A stretch of 64,000 nucleotides of DNA, from IMG/VR virus record IMGVR_UViG_3300045049_000270. One strand, 5' to 3'. Shown one piece after another: positions 49,793 through 58,828 of the stretch. This DNA is from a virus (Duplodnaviria; Heunggongvirae; Uroviricota; Caudoviricetes). Under the pieces are notes generated by a model that saw only the letters and a list, made by a program, of their open reading frames with translations, was not told where the DNA came from and ran no database searches. The position numbers and the translations under genes were made by a program. Position 1 is the first letter of the stretch, and each line of letters begins with the position of its first letter.

Positions 49793-52777
49793 ATGTCATA
49801 CGTAGACGCAATATACGACCGAGAAAAAGACTTAATTAAAGTAGTTGGTAGAGATACTGACGGTAATCGAACATATACGGAGCATCCAGCCAATTATCTG
49901 TTCTATTACCCAGATCCACGTGGCAAATACAAAAGCATTTATGGCGATGTTTGTAGCATGTACTCGTCTGGCTCGCATAAAGCATTTATGCGAGAGAAGA
50001 TGCTGGTTCAACGTTCAAAGAAGTTATTCGAAAGCGATATTAATCCAGTATTTCGTTGTTTGGAACAAACATATCGTGGTATTGAAGCACCAGCATTGAA
50101 TCTGTGCTTTTTTGATATTGAGGTCGCGTTCGATACCAAGCGAGGTTTCGCACCGACCGAAGATCCATTCAATGAAGTAACGGCAATTAGTTGTTATCTA
50201 AGTCATATTAACAAACTAATTACATTGGTATTATGCCCACCAACAATGGACCTCAATCAAGCAGAAGCAATCACAAACAAGTTTGAAGATACATTTTTGT
50301 TTGATGATGAAACGGCGTTGTTAAAGGCATTCCTGGATATAATCGAAGATTCAGATGTTCTTTCTGGTTGGAATTCAACTGGCTTCGATATTCCATATCT
50401 AGTGAATCGTATTATTCGTGTAATCGGTAAGGATGAAGCACGTCGTTTCTGCTTGTGGAATCAAGCACCCAAGAAGCGTGAATATATCAAATTCAAGAAG
50501 AAGTCCACAACCTACGATTTGGTTGGTCGTGTTCATCTTGATTACTTGGAATTATACCAGAAACATAATTCGCAACAGTTGCACTCATATCGATTGGACT
50601 TTGTTGGTGAGATTGAAGTAAAAGAAAACAAGGTACCATACGAAGGCACACTTGACGATTTGTATAAGAAGGACTTCCAGAAGTTCATCGAATACAACCG
50701 CCAGGATACGATGCTTTTGGTGAAGATTGATGCAAAGAAGAAATTCATTGAACTTGCCAACCAGATTGCTCATACCAATACTGTTCTGTTGAAGACCACA
50801 ATGGGTTCGGTGGCTTTGATTGAACAATCCATCATTAATGAAGCACATGATCGTGGTATGGTTGTTCCAGATCGTAAGATGGATGTGGTTGAAGATGAAG
50901 ATGAAGAAGAATACGATGATGAAGATGATGAAGAAGGTGGCGGCAATGTAAAGAAGAATGCAGTTGGTGCATATGTTGCAAAACCAAAGACTGGTCTTCA
51001 AGAAGAAATTGGTTGTTGTGATATTAACTCACTGTATCCATCAACACTTCGTGCGTTGAACATGAGTCCTGAAACACTAGTTGGGCATATTCGACCAACT
51101 GAAACAGAAGCAATGATTCAACAGCGTATTGCTGATGGTGTTGCAAAGTCAGATTTGTGGGAAGGTGTATTCTGTACGCTTGAATATGATCACGTAATGG
51201 CTCGTGACAAAGCACAAATCGTTGTTGATTTTGAAGATGGCACCACTCGTACATTCCGTGCAGATGAATTGAATGACTATATCTTCCATGAAGATCGTCC
51301 ATTGTGCATTACAGCAAACGGTACAATTTTCCGTACTGATGTGGCTGGTGTTATTCCGTCGCTTTTGGCACGTTGGTATTCGCAACGTAAGGAAATGCAA
51401 GCTCGTGAAAATACATATGCTCACGTGACTGATGATCACGAAACATTGACTAAGCTATTTGATGGCAACGGTGTAAGTGAATTCGTTTCACAATTGGAAA
51501 CTGAATTACCAAAAGCACAAAAGAGTGAAGTTGATGTTGGTAAGTTCTTGAAAGCTTTGTATGCTAAGGATGCGAAGCTGACTGCTGAAATTATGGTGTC
51601 ATATGGTTTTCGTTTGGAAGGTGACAACATTTATGCAGAAGACAAAGCAGCCGCTAAATCGTTGAAAACGTTCTGGAATCAACGACAACAAGCACGTAAG
51701 ATTTTGTTGAACTCGCTATATGGTGCTTTGTTGAATGAATCGATGAAGTTTTATGATAAGCGTATTGGTCAATCGGTTACTTTGACTGGGCGAAGTATTG
51801 CTCGCCATATGAACAGTAAGATTAATGAAATTATTACTGGTCAATATGACTATAAGGGCGAAGCAATCATTTATGCTGATACAGACTCATCATACTTTTC
51901 TGCAAAGAAAGTATGGGCAAACGACCCACAATTTAAGGATTTTGAATTCACACGTGAAAATATCATTAAGTTATATGATGGTATTGGTGAGGAAGTGAAT
52001 AGCAGTTTTCCAGAATTCATGACTAAGAGCTTCAATACTGGCCTTGAGCGTGGTGGTATTATCAAGGCTGGTCGAGAACTAGTAGCATCTAAGGGCTTGT
52101 TCATCAAGAAGAAGAAGTATGCTGTTCTGATGTATGACAAAGATGGTCAACGTTACGATGTGGATGGAGAGCCTGGCAAGTTGAAGGTCATGGGTCTAGA
52201 TCTGAAGAGATCAGATACACCACAATTCATGCAAGACTTCTTGGAAGATGTATTGATGTCGTTGCTGACTGGTTCTACTCAAGATGAGATTTTCGACATG
52301 ATTCGGAAGTTCCGTCGTGATTTCCGTGGCAGACCAGGTTGGGAAAAAGGCACACCAAAACGTGTTAATGGTTTAAGTGATTATACTGATCGTGAAGAAC
52401 AAGCAGCAGATGTGAGTGGCGATTTCCGTAAGCTGAAGGTTGGTACGAAGAGTAAAATTAACATGCCAGGTCAGGCACGAGCTGGTTTGAATTGGAATAA
52501 GCTTTGCAAGATGCATAATGACATGTTCTCTATGCGTATTACAGATGGTGCGAAAACAATCGTATGTAAATTGAAACCAAATCCTCTTGGTATGAATGCA
52601 GTCGCGTATCCAATCGATGAGCCACACTTGCCAACTTGGTTTAAGGAATTACCGTTTGATCATACTACGATGGAAGACACAATCATCGATGCGAAACTCA
52701 AGAACCTTCTTGGTGTTTTGAATTGGGATTTGTCACAAGCTAACGACGATTTGAGTAACGATTTATTCAGTTGGTAA
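49793..52777 (+). CDS. family B DNA polymerase
   Basis: Exo I FFDIEV, Exo II WNSTGFDIPY, Exo III YNRQD; pol motifs DINSLYPS, KILLNSLYG, YADTDS, KKKYA. Confidence 0.96.
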   Translation: MSYVDAIYDREKDLIKVVGRDTDGNRTYTEHPANYLFYYPDPRGKYKSIYGDVCSMYSSGSHKAFMREKMLVQRSKKLFESDINPVFRCLEQTYRGIEAPALNLCFFDIEVAFDTKRGFAPTEDPFNEVTAISCYLSHINKLITLVLCPPTMDLNQAEAITNKFEDTFLFDDETALLKAFLDIIEDSDVLSGWNSTGFDIPYLVNRIIRVIGKDEARRFCLWNQAPKKREYIKFKKKSTTYDLVGRVHLDYLELYQKHNSQQLHSYRLDFVGEIEVKENKVPYEGTLDDLYKKDFQKFIEYNRQDTMLLVKIDAKKKFIELANQIAHTNTVLLKTTMGSVALIEQSIINEAHDRGMVVPDRKMDVVEDEDEEEYDDEDDEEGGGNVKKNAVGAYVAKPKTGLQEEIGCCDINSLYPSTLRALNMSPETLVGHIRPTETEAMIQQRIADGVAKSDLWEGVFCTLEYDHVMARDKAQIVVDFEDGTTRTFRADELNDYIFHEDRPLCITANGTIFRTDVAGVIPSLLARWYSQRKEMQARENTYAHVTDDHETLTKLFDGNGVSEFVSQLETELPKAQKSEVDVGKFLKALYAKDAKLTAEIMVSYGFRLEGDNIYAEDKAAAKSLKTFWNQRQQARKILLNSLYGALLNESMKFYDKRIGQSVTLTGRSIARHMNSKINEIITGQYDYKGEAIIYADTDSSYFSAKKVWANDPQFKDFEFTRENIIKLYDGIGEEVNSSFPEFMTKSFNTGLERGGIIKAGRELVASKGLFIKKKKYAVLMYDKDGQRYDVDGEPGKLKVMGLDLKRSDTPQFMQDFLEDVLMSLLTGSTQDEIFDMIRKFRRDFRGRPGWEKGTPKRVNGLSDYTDREEQAADVSGDFRKLKVGTKSKINMPGQARAGLNWNKLCKMHNDMFSMRITDGAKTIVCKLKPNPLGMNAVAYPIDEPHLPTWFKELPFDHTTMEDTIIDAKLKNLLGVLNWDLSQANDDLSNDLFSW

Positions 52778-53104
52778 TTGATTATGTGGAATATTACTGG
52801 CTTCGACAAACCCATGCTAAAGATTGAACCAATAGAAGCTGAGCTAGTCAGAGATTACTGCATGCGAGTAATCATAGAGACGCAGAAGATAAACGTTCCT
52901 GCTGCTTATCTACGTGAACATACTTGTTTTCATGAAGTAATTACTGATGATGAGCATAGTGAAGAAATTGAAGAGTGGCTATCGGAATTTGCACGAGAAG
53001 GTTCTTATTACTGTACGAACCTTTTCGGTCAAGGTGGAGCTTCCTGGTTATTCAATGATACCGAAACTGCCGCCATGTTTAAGTTGGCATTTGGCAAATT
53101 CTAA
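52778..53104 (+). CDS. hypothetical protein, FKL-motif family
   Basis: IEEWLSEF...WLFNDTETAAMFKLAF. Confidence 0.7.
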   Translation: MIMWNITGFDKPMLKIEPIEAELVRDYCMRVIIETQKINVPAAYLREHTCFHEVITDDEHSEEIEEWLSEFAREGSYYCTNLFGQGGASWLFNDTETAAMFKLAFGKF

Positions 53105-53170
53105 AAACAATTTTGAACAAAAGCTGGCAAGCTGCATAATACTAAAAATAACACGGAGACACTCCTACAA

Positions 53171-53923
53171 ATGAGCAACACAAATACAAGAAATGTTATC
53201 CAAGACATCGTCAAGAAGATCGGTGGTCTTGGTTTCGTTGAACAAATCAAAGTAACTGGCACCGATCAAGAAACACGTATTGAAGCTGTAGATGCTGACA
53301 AAACGGTGATTATCAAGGCAAAGACAAATGAAGCACAAACTGAACTGATTGGTGAATTCGGCGTTGCAAACCTGCAATTGTTGAATGGTTTGCTTGGCTT
53401 TGCCAGCTATAAGACAGAGGATGCAACATTTAATGTCACACGTCGTGATGTCAATGGTAAATCAACACCAGAAGAATTTGAATTCCGTGATGCAAACGGT
53501 CTTGGTGCTAATTTCCGTCTCATGAGCGCACAATTGGTTGGTGATCAACCTCTGGTTGCTGACATCAAGTGGGACGTTACATTCGTCCCATCAAAGGCTA
53601 AGATTCAGGAATTTGCGGGTCTGGCTGGTTTGTATTCGCAATTCGATCAATACTTCTCAGTGAAGACCAAGGATGGCGCATTGGTGTTTTCAATTGGTGA
53701 AGAAGGGTCAGCAACACACCGCGCAAGCATGGTGTTTGAAGACACAGTTTCTGGTGAATTGAAGGGTGAATTGCTGTGGCCAATTTCACAATTCCTTTCG
53801 ATCCTGAAGAGCGCGGATGGTAACGAATACCATGTTGGCATTACTAGCAAGGGCGCATTGCTGGTTAATGTGACAACAGATTACGCGACTTACGAATATA
53901 TTCTTCCAGCACGTCGTCGATAA
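53171..53923 (+). CDS. probable DNA polymerase sliding clamp (gp45-like)
   Basis: 250 aa, two alpha/beta halves, ends YEYILPA, lies next to the polymerase. Confidence 0.65.
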   Translation: MSNTNTRNVIQDIVKKIGGLGFVEQIKVTGTDQETRIEAVDADKTVIIKAKTNEAQTELIGEFGVANLQLLNGLLGFASYKTEDATFNVTRRDVNGKSTPEEFEFRDANGLGANFRLMSAQLVGDQPLVADIKWDVTFVPSKAKIQEFAGLAGLYSQFDQYFSVKTKDGALVFSIGEEGSATHRASMVFEDTVSGELKGELLWPISQFLSILKSADGNEYHVGITSKGALLVNVTTDYATYEYILPARRR

Positions 53924-53957
53924 AATGGGTGGGCCATGCAAATGGCCCACCATTCAT

Positions 53958-54320
53958 ATGATGTTTCAGATAAAAACCGACAACTACGGGTTAATTGATG
54001 TTAGTCAAACCAATCCTTTTGACGAAATGATGTATTCAGTCTTTAATGGTATTCAATTAAGTTATGACTGGTATGGTTCAGACATCAATTTAGAAGTTGT
54101 TGAAGAGTATAGCCATTTCTATATTGTTGAAATGGATCGTGTACGAGATCTCATCGACAACGATGCATACTTTCAGTTGCTTACAAATGCTGGCAAAGCA
54201 ATGAGCTGCTGGAACCTGTACAAAAAGGAAGAAAAGGGATCAATTACCATTCCTCAGCTTCACAGTTTGTATGGTTTCGTTAACGACCTAGACTTACTTC
54301 AATTTAAGTTGATGGTGTAA
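53958..54320 (+). CDS. hypothetical protein, FKL-motif family
   Basis: Ends YGFVNDLDLLQFKLMV (ORF track start 53925 overlaps a hairpin). Confidence 0.6.
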   Translation: MMFQIKTDNYGLIDVSQTNPFDEMMYSVFNGIQLSYDWYGSDINLEVVEEYSHFYIVEMDRVRDLIDNDAYFQLLTNAGKAMSCWNLYKKEEKGSITIPQLHSLYGFVNDLDLLQFKLMV

Positions 54321-54336
54321 CGAATAGTAGGAAATT

Positions 54337-54363
54337 AAAAGGCTCCCAACTGGGAGCCTTTTT
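54337..54363. terminator. bidirectional terminator between convergent genes
   Basis: AAAAGGCTCCCA-AC-TGGGAGCCTTTTT. Confidence 0.85.
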
Positions 54364-54364
54364 G

Positions 54365-55000
54365 TTACTCGCTTACCTTAACACCAGTGTAAGGTTGTGT
54401 CTTAATTGCTTGCACTTTCAAACCTTGTTTGTCTTTAGTTGCCGCATCAGCGTAAAAAGCCAGGTTTCTAGCAGTCTTGGAGAGCTTCATCATCGTAGTC
54501 TTACTAGCTCTGATGTTCTTCTCACCATCCCCACCAAGGTAGTTTAAGCCAGCCTCAGGGGGTATAACGAACCCAAGCTGTGATGCGAAATTGAACAATG
54601 AAGCGTTGATGTGTTGAACGCCATCTCCTGAACCATTAACGATACAGCCAAATATTTTTCCATAAAGTGGACTGAAATCCTTGTCGATGTAGTAATCATC
54701 AACCCATGATAGTCGCTCAATAACTGCTTGAATCAAACTGGAATGATTGTCCCACCAAATTGGTGTGGCGAATACAAGAATGTCAGCATCAAGGATTTTC
54801 TTGAATAGTTCTGGGCTGTCATCCGGTTCTTGTGGTTGAAGTTTTGCCCCAGGAGAAAGATCAACGTTGCGCAAGTAAATATGTTCAGTTTCAACATCGT
54901 ACTTGCTCATTTCATCTGCCAACATTGAGCAAAGTATCGTTGTATTAGAATGCATCTCTTCTTTTCTAAGAGAACCATTTAGAATCAAAGCTTTCATCAT
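54365..55000 (-). CDS. NADPH-dependent FMN reductase / multimeric flavodoxin family protein
   Basis: ALILNGSLR...SNT, KILDADILVFATPIWW..SSLIQAVIERL, LYGK; minus-strand CATAAATA at 55025-55032. Confidence 0.85.
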   Translation of the reverse strand: MMKALILNGSLRKEEMHSNTTILCSMLADEMSKYDVETEHIYLRNVDLSPGAKLQPQEPDDSPELFKKILDADILVFATPIWWDNHSSLIQAVIERLSWVDDYYIDKDFSPLYGKIFGCIVNGSGDGVQHINASLFNFASQLGFVIPPEAGLNYLGGDGEKNIRASKTTMMKLSKTARNLAFYADAATKDKQGLKVQAIKTQPYTGVKVSE

Positions 55001-55094
55001 ACCACCTCTAAAGTTATATGCTACTATTTATGTCAAACATAAATTGCTGGTTTGCCAGATAACAGATAAAATATGGCAAAATTTAGAGTAAAGT

Positions 55095-55661
55095 ATGAAT
55101 TTTCTCATTGATCCAACAGATGTGACTAAGTTCAACCGCACCGACGGTGAATTGCAACTATTTTTCCTTTTCTGTCAAACAGTTGCAGGCAAAACGGCAA
55201 AAGTACAAGCAAAGCTTCTAGATGCTTTCCTAAGAGCTGGTGATGGCGATACTCCATTCGCAATCATTCAAGATATGGTTGATCGTGGAATTCTACTTGG
55301 CAAACTCAAGGAAAGTCGCTTGGGTCAATATAATCGCCTGGCTTCTGGTTTTGAAGAGAGTTTGAAACTTGATTTGCGTGCCGCCACCTTAGATGAAATC
55401 ATGAAGATCAAAGGTATTGGTAATAAAACTGCTAGATTCTTTTTACTACATTCACGCCCCGATCAGGACATTGCCGTCCTGGATGTTCATATCCTCAAGT
55501 ATCTACGTTCACAAGGATTTGATGCTCCCAAGCAGACACCAGGTAATAAGCAATATTTAGAGCTTGAGAAAGAGTTCTTGAAATTAGCTGAACAAAATAA
55601 TATGTCACCAGCAGACTTCGATCTAATGCTGTGGACAAAATATAGTCAAGGAACAATATGA
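55095..55661 (+). CDS. HhH DNA glycosylase, OGG2 (8-oxoguanine glycosylase)-like
   Basis: LFCQTVAG, HhH IKGIGNKTA (catalytic Lys position), IAVLDVHILKYL (catalytic Asp), YLELE...FDLMLW. Confidence 0.75.
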   Translation: MNFLIDPTDVTKFNRTDGELQLFFLFCQTVAGKTAKVQAKLLDAFLRAGDGDTPFAIIQDMVDRGILLGKLKESRLGQYNRLASGFEESLKLDLRAATLDEIMKIKGIGNKTARFFLLHSRPDQDIAVLDVHILKYLRSQGFDAPKQTPGNKQYLELEKEFLKLAEQNNMSPADFDLMLWTKYSQGTI

Positions 55662-56074
55662 ATTATATTCCAACTCCAGTAATGAGTTATCATTTTAAGG
55701 CGAGATTTCAAAGCCTAACTGCTGTCTTATCTGGTATTGACCTGAATGTGCTATCAGTGCAATTGTGTTCAATCTCTGGGGTTGAATTATTGAATCCTGG
55801 CGTTGTTAAATTCCAAATTCGTACAGATGCTGACAATTTGGTAATCAAGGCACTAACCGCTATCATAGAGACCCAAACTGTACATGCTATTACAAATGGC
55901 GTTGATATTGAAATTTCTTTGGTAAATGGTGGCGGCAATGATATTTTCACAGTGCAGCTGATTGAACCTGAAATTGTGAGTATTCGATTGGCCAATTTGG
56001 ACTATAGCCTTAATGAATCAACATTGTTTGAAGTAGATATCAAATATAACGGAACAAATTATGTCACAGCCTAA
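55658..56074 (+). CDS. hypothetical protein, possibly a degenerate tail-tube-fold paralogue
   Basis: YHFKARF...ISLVNGGG...LANLDYS.NE..LFEVDIKY resembles the tube-protein pattern; weak. Confidence 0.5.
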   Translation: MNYIPTPVMSYHFKARFQSLTAVLSGIDLNVLSVQLCSISGVELLNPGVVKFQIRTDADNLVIKALTAIIETQTVHAITNGVDIEISLVNGGGNDIFTVQLIEPEIVSIRLANLDYSLNESTLFEVDIKYNGTNYVTA

Positions 56075-56444
56075 CAAACTAATCTTCGTAACTTTCGAAA
56101 AGGAAGGAATTCACAAATATCCAGCCGCACTTACGGATCCCAATCTGGCTACTGGTGATGAATACGATGTGAGCTTCCTTGGTTATCCTCATCGCCATAT
56201 GTTCCACTTTCGTGTTACTATCGAGATTGAACATTTGGATCGAGCAATTGAATTTATTCAATTTAAACGATGGTTAGAGAATTTGTATGGCAAGGATGCA
56301 ATTCTGCAACTCGATTATAAATCATGTGAAATGCTATGCCAAGATTTGTATGAACAAATCACAAACAGATATCCTGGCAGATGGATCCAAATAGAAATTT
56401 CTGAGGATGGCGAGAATGGGGCTATTCTGACGTTTCCCGTCTAA
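56061..56444 (+). CDS. queD: QueD/6-pyruvoyl-tetrahydropterin synthase-like T-fold protein
   Basis: EGIH...PHRHMFHFRV (metal-binding His), SCEML..LY (PTxENL-like), IEISEDGENGA; folE/queE context. Confidence 0.65.
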   Translation: MSQPNKLIFVTFEKEGIHKYPAALTDPNLATGDEYDVSFLGYPHRHMFHFRVTIEIEHLDRAIEFIQFKRWLENLYGKDAILQLDYKSCEMLCQDLYEQITNRYPGRWIQIEISEDGENGAILTFPV

Positions 56445-56525
56445 TAGCCAACTCAGTTGAGAATAAATGTAGGAGATCTTGTAGAGCTCCTACTTTAAAA
56501 GATTCAGTTTTGTAATCACCACCCT

Positions 56526-56939
56526 TTGGATAATATGACTGAGCAGTACATAGATTTTGAAGAAGACGTGCGAAAGTACCCAGAGTTTATTCAGCTTATG
56601 GCTGACGACGATTTCTGCATTGAACTATGGACTGCTTTTGCCAATGTTGATTGGTATAAGAAGTATGATAGTTCTTTGCCAACGACTGCCGAACAAGTTG
56701 AATTTGCATTGACCGAAGATTTTGAGCATAGAACTTGGGGAGCCAGTTTTCGTGGGATGGGCGGGGTTATAGCTGACATTAGAAATGAATTTCACGGTAC
56801 TGCTGAGGACTATATGACATGGTATTGTCGTAATCACAACAATCCATATGGATATGTGAGTGACCGAGTTCGAGAAGCTTTAAACAAAATTGGCTGGTTC
56901 CCAGTAGAATGCCAAACATATAAAGAGGCAAATCATTAA
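56526..56939 (+). CDS. conserved-type phage hypothetical protein (likely start 56535)
   Basis: WGASFRGMGGVIADIR...DYMTWYC...GYVSDRVREAL..IGW. Confidence 0.7.
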   Translation: MDNMTEQYIDFEEDVRKYPEFIQLMADDDFCIELWTAFANVDWYKKYDSSLPTTAEQVEFALTEDFEHRTWGASFRGMGGVIADIRNEFHGTAEDYMTWYCRNHNNPYGYVSDRVREALNKIGWFPVECQTYKEANH

Positions 56940-58027
56940 TGAGTACGATTTACGTTGTTTCACTTGAATCTATACCCACTAGATATACTTGCGAATGGCT
57001 AGAAGGAATCCCCACAGCAATTCGCGCATTTGCAGCAGAACATAATGTCGATGTCGATGTTGTGAATATTGTTGGTGATGACAATGAAATGCTGACAACG
57101 CCTGGTGCATTCATCAATTTTGCTGGCACTAACAAATGGAAGAGTGAGCAATCGATTAAGATTGCTAAACTCATTTCAGAAGGAAAAATCAAGGATGGTG
57201 ATAAGTTTCTGTTCACTGATGCGTGGAATCCTGTGATTCTGCAGACCAAATATATGATTGATTTGCTTGGTATCAAGGCAGAAATGTATGGCATCTGGCA
57301 TGCTGGACAATATGATTCACAAGATTTTTTGGGGCGATTGATTCCTGACAAGCGTTGGGCGCGCAATACCGAAGAGGCAATTTTCTGGGCATTGGACAAA
57401 AACATCTATGCCACTTCATTCCATGTTGGTTTGTTCAGCCAAGGTGTTTTGAGCAAGAGTGTTGACTTTCAAAATACCGACAATTCGCGTATTTTGATAT
57501 CAGGCCAACCACATGAAGGTTTGGTTCAGCATTTGACTAGTTTGCCAAGTCTTAACAAGCGTGACATGATTTTGTTTGGTCATCGTAAAGCACCCGAAAA
57601 GCAACACGACATTTTCGCAGACTTGCAAAAGTCTATGCCAGAATATGAATTCGTTACAGCACAAGATAAACAGCTCACCAAAGCAGAATATCACCAATTG
57701 CTTTGCGAAGCGAAACTTGTGTTTAGCGCAAACTTACAAGAAACTCTGGGTATTAGCCAAGTAGAAGGCATTTTATGCAATGCGTTCTCAATGAATCCAG
57801 ATCGCCTTTCTTATAAGGAAATGTTCCTGAGTGAATTCAAGTATCCATCAGAGTGGACGGAAAGTTTCGATTCATATTTGGAACACAAAGAAGAAATCAT
57901 GGCGTATATTCGTAATGTCATGAAAAATTATCAATCGTATTTGCCCATTATTCAATTGCAGAAAGAACGTTTGATTAATGATTTCTTCACCGCCGATGTA
58001 ATGTATAGCAAATTGCTTGGCATTTAA
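56939..58027 (+). CDS. GT-B (GT4-like) glycosyltransferase
   Basis: HRKAPEKQ donor-binding loop and EX7E motif ETLGISQVE; N-lobe FTDAWNP...WHAGQYD. Confidence 0.8.
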   Translation: MSTIYVVSLESIPTRYTCEWLEGIPTAIRAFAAEHNVDVDVVNIVGDDNEMLTTPGAFINFAGTNKWKSEQSIKIAKLISEGKIKDGDKFLFTDAWNPVILQTKYMIDLLGIKAEMYGIWHAGQYDSQDFLGRLIPDKRWARNTEEAIFWALDKNIYATSFHVGLFSQGVLSKSVDFQNTDNSRILISGQPHEGLVQHLTSLPSLNKRDMILFGHRKAPEKQHDIFADLQKSMPEYEFVTAQDKQLTKAEYHQLLCEAKLVFSANLQETLGISQVEGILCNAFSMNPDRLSYKEMFLSEFKYPSEWTESFDSYLEHKEEIMAYIRNVMKNYQSYLPIIQLQKERLINDFFTADVMYSKLLGI

Positions 58028-58030
58028 ATT

Positions 58031-58067
58031 TTGACACTGGCAGGAAGCTGGTTTACAATGCTAAATA
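58031..58067 (+). promoter_or_regulatory. tandem sigma70-like (TTGACA-17-TACAAT) and late-like (CTAAATA) promoters for folE
   Basis: TTGACA 58031, TACAAT 58054, CTAAATA 58061. Confidence 0.7.
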
Positions 58068-58147
58068 GAAGTAGAGATGGCACGAGGTTGTCTCTACTCT
58101 CTATAGCAAGAGGCTGTAGTAGAATAATAATGCAATAAGAGGTTGCA

Positions 58148-58828
58148 ATGTCTTTCAATAAAACAAAAACCGACCCTGTTCTGGGTCAAGAAATCCACAA
58201 ACATCTGCTGTCACTTGGTATCGAAACCCCAACCATTGATAATGGTTTGACTATCAAACAAAAAGTTAGTAAGATCGAAAAGCACTTCAAATCAATTATG
58301 GAGACTTTGGGTCTTGATTTGACTGACGACAGTCTTTCTGAAACACCACTCCGAGTTGCTAAGATGTATTGCAGTGAAATCTTCTGGGGTTTGGATCCAG
58401 AAAACTTCCCAAAATGCACAACAGTTGATAACAAAATGCTATATAATCAGATGTTGGTAGAAGAAGATATCACGATTAAATCATTTTGTGAACATCACGC
58501 TCTGCCAATTATTGGCGTAGCAACTGTTGCATATATTCCAAATCAAAAGGTTCTAGGCTTATCCAAGCTTAATCGTATTTGCGAATATTTTTCACGTCGT
58601 CCCCAAATCCAAGAACGTCTTACTGAGCAAATTTTTCATGCTTTAAAACACATTCTTGGTACAGATAATGTCGCAGTCATGATCGATGGTGCTCACACGT
58701 GTGTGAGTATGCGTGGTGTCGAGGATGAAACTTCACGTACAACAACATCAAAGCTCGGTGGGGATTTTAAGGAAAATCCAATGGTGCGAGCTGAATTCAT
58801 GCAAATTGCAACGCGTATTCGTAAATAA
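58148..58828 (+). CDS. folE: GTP cyclohydrolase I
   Basis: DDSLSETPLRVAKMY, SFCEHH, GLSKLNR, RRPQIQERLT, HTCVSMRGV. Confidence 0.96.
   Translation: MSFNKTKTDPVLGQEIHKHLLSLGIETPTIDNGLTIKQKVSKIEKHFKSIMETLGLDLTDDSLSETPLRVAKMYCSEIFWGLDPENFPKCTTVDNKMLYNQMLVEEDITIKSFCEHHALPIIGVATVAYIPNQKVLGLSKLNRICEYFSRRPQIQERLTEQIFHALKHILGTDNVAVMIDGAHTCVSMRGVEDETSRTTTSKLGGDFKENPMVRAEFMQIATRIRK

Noticed and set aside
51380-51690. Intein or intron in the DNA polymerase
   Set aside because: The frame is continuous and the insert lacks C/S-start and HN-C/S/T end motifs or LAGLIDADG blocks
55095-55661. Calling the HhH protein a DpdA or aGPT-pyrophosphorylase
   Set aside because: Too short for a TGT barrel, and its motifs fit OGG2-type glycosylases better
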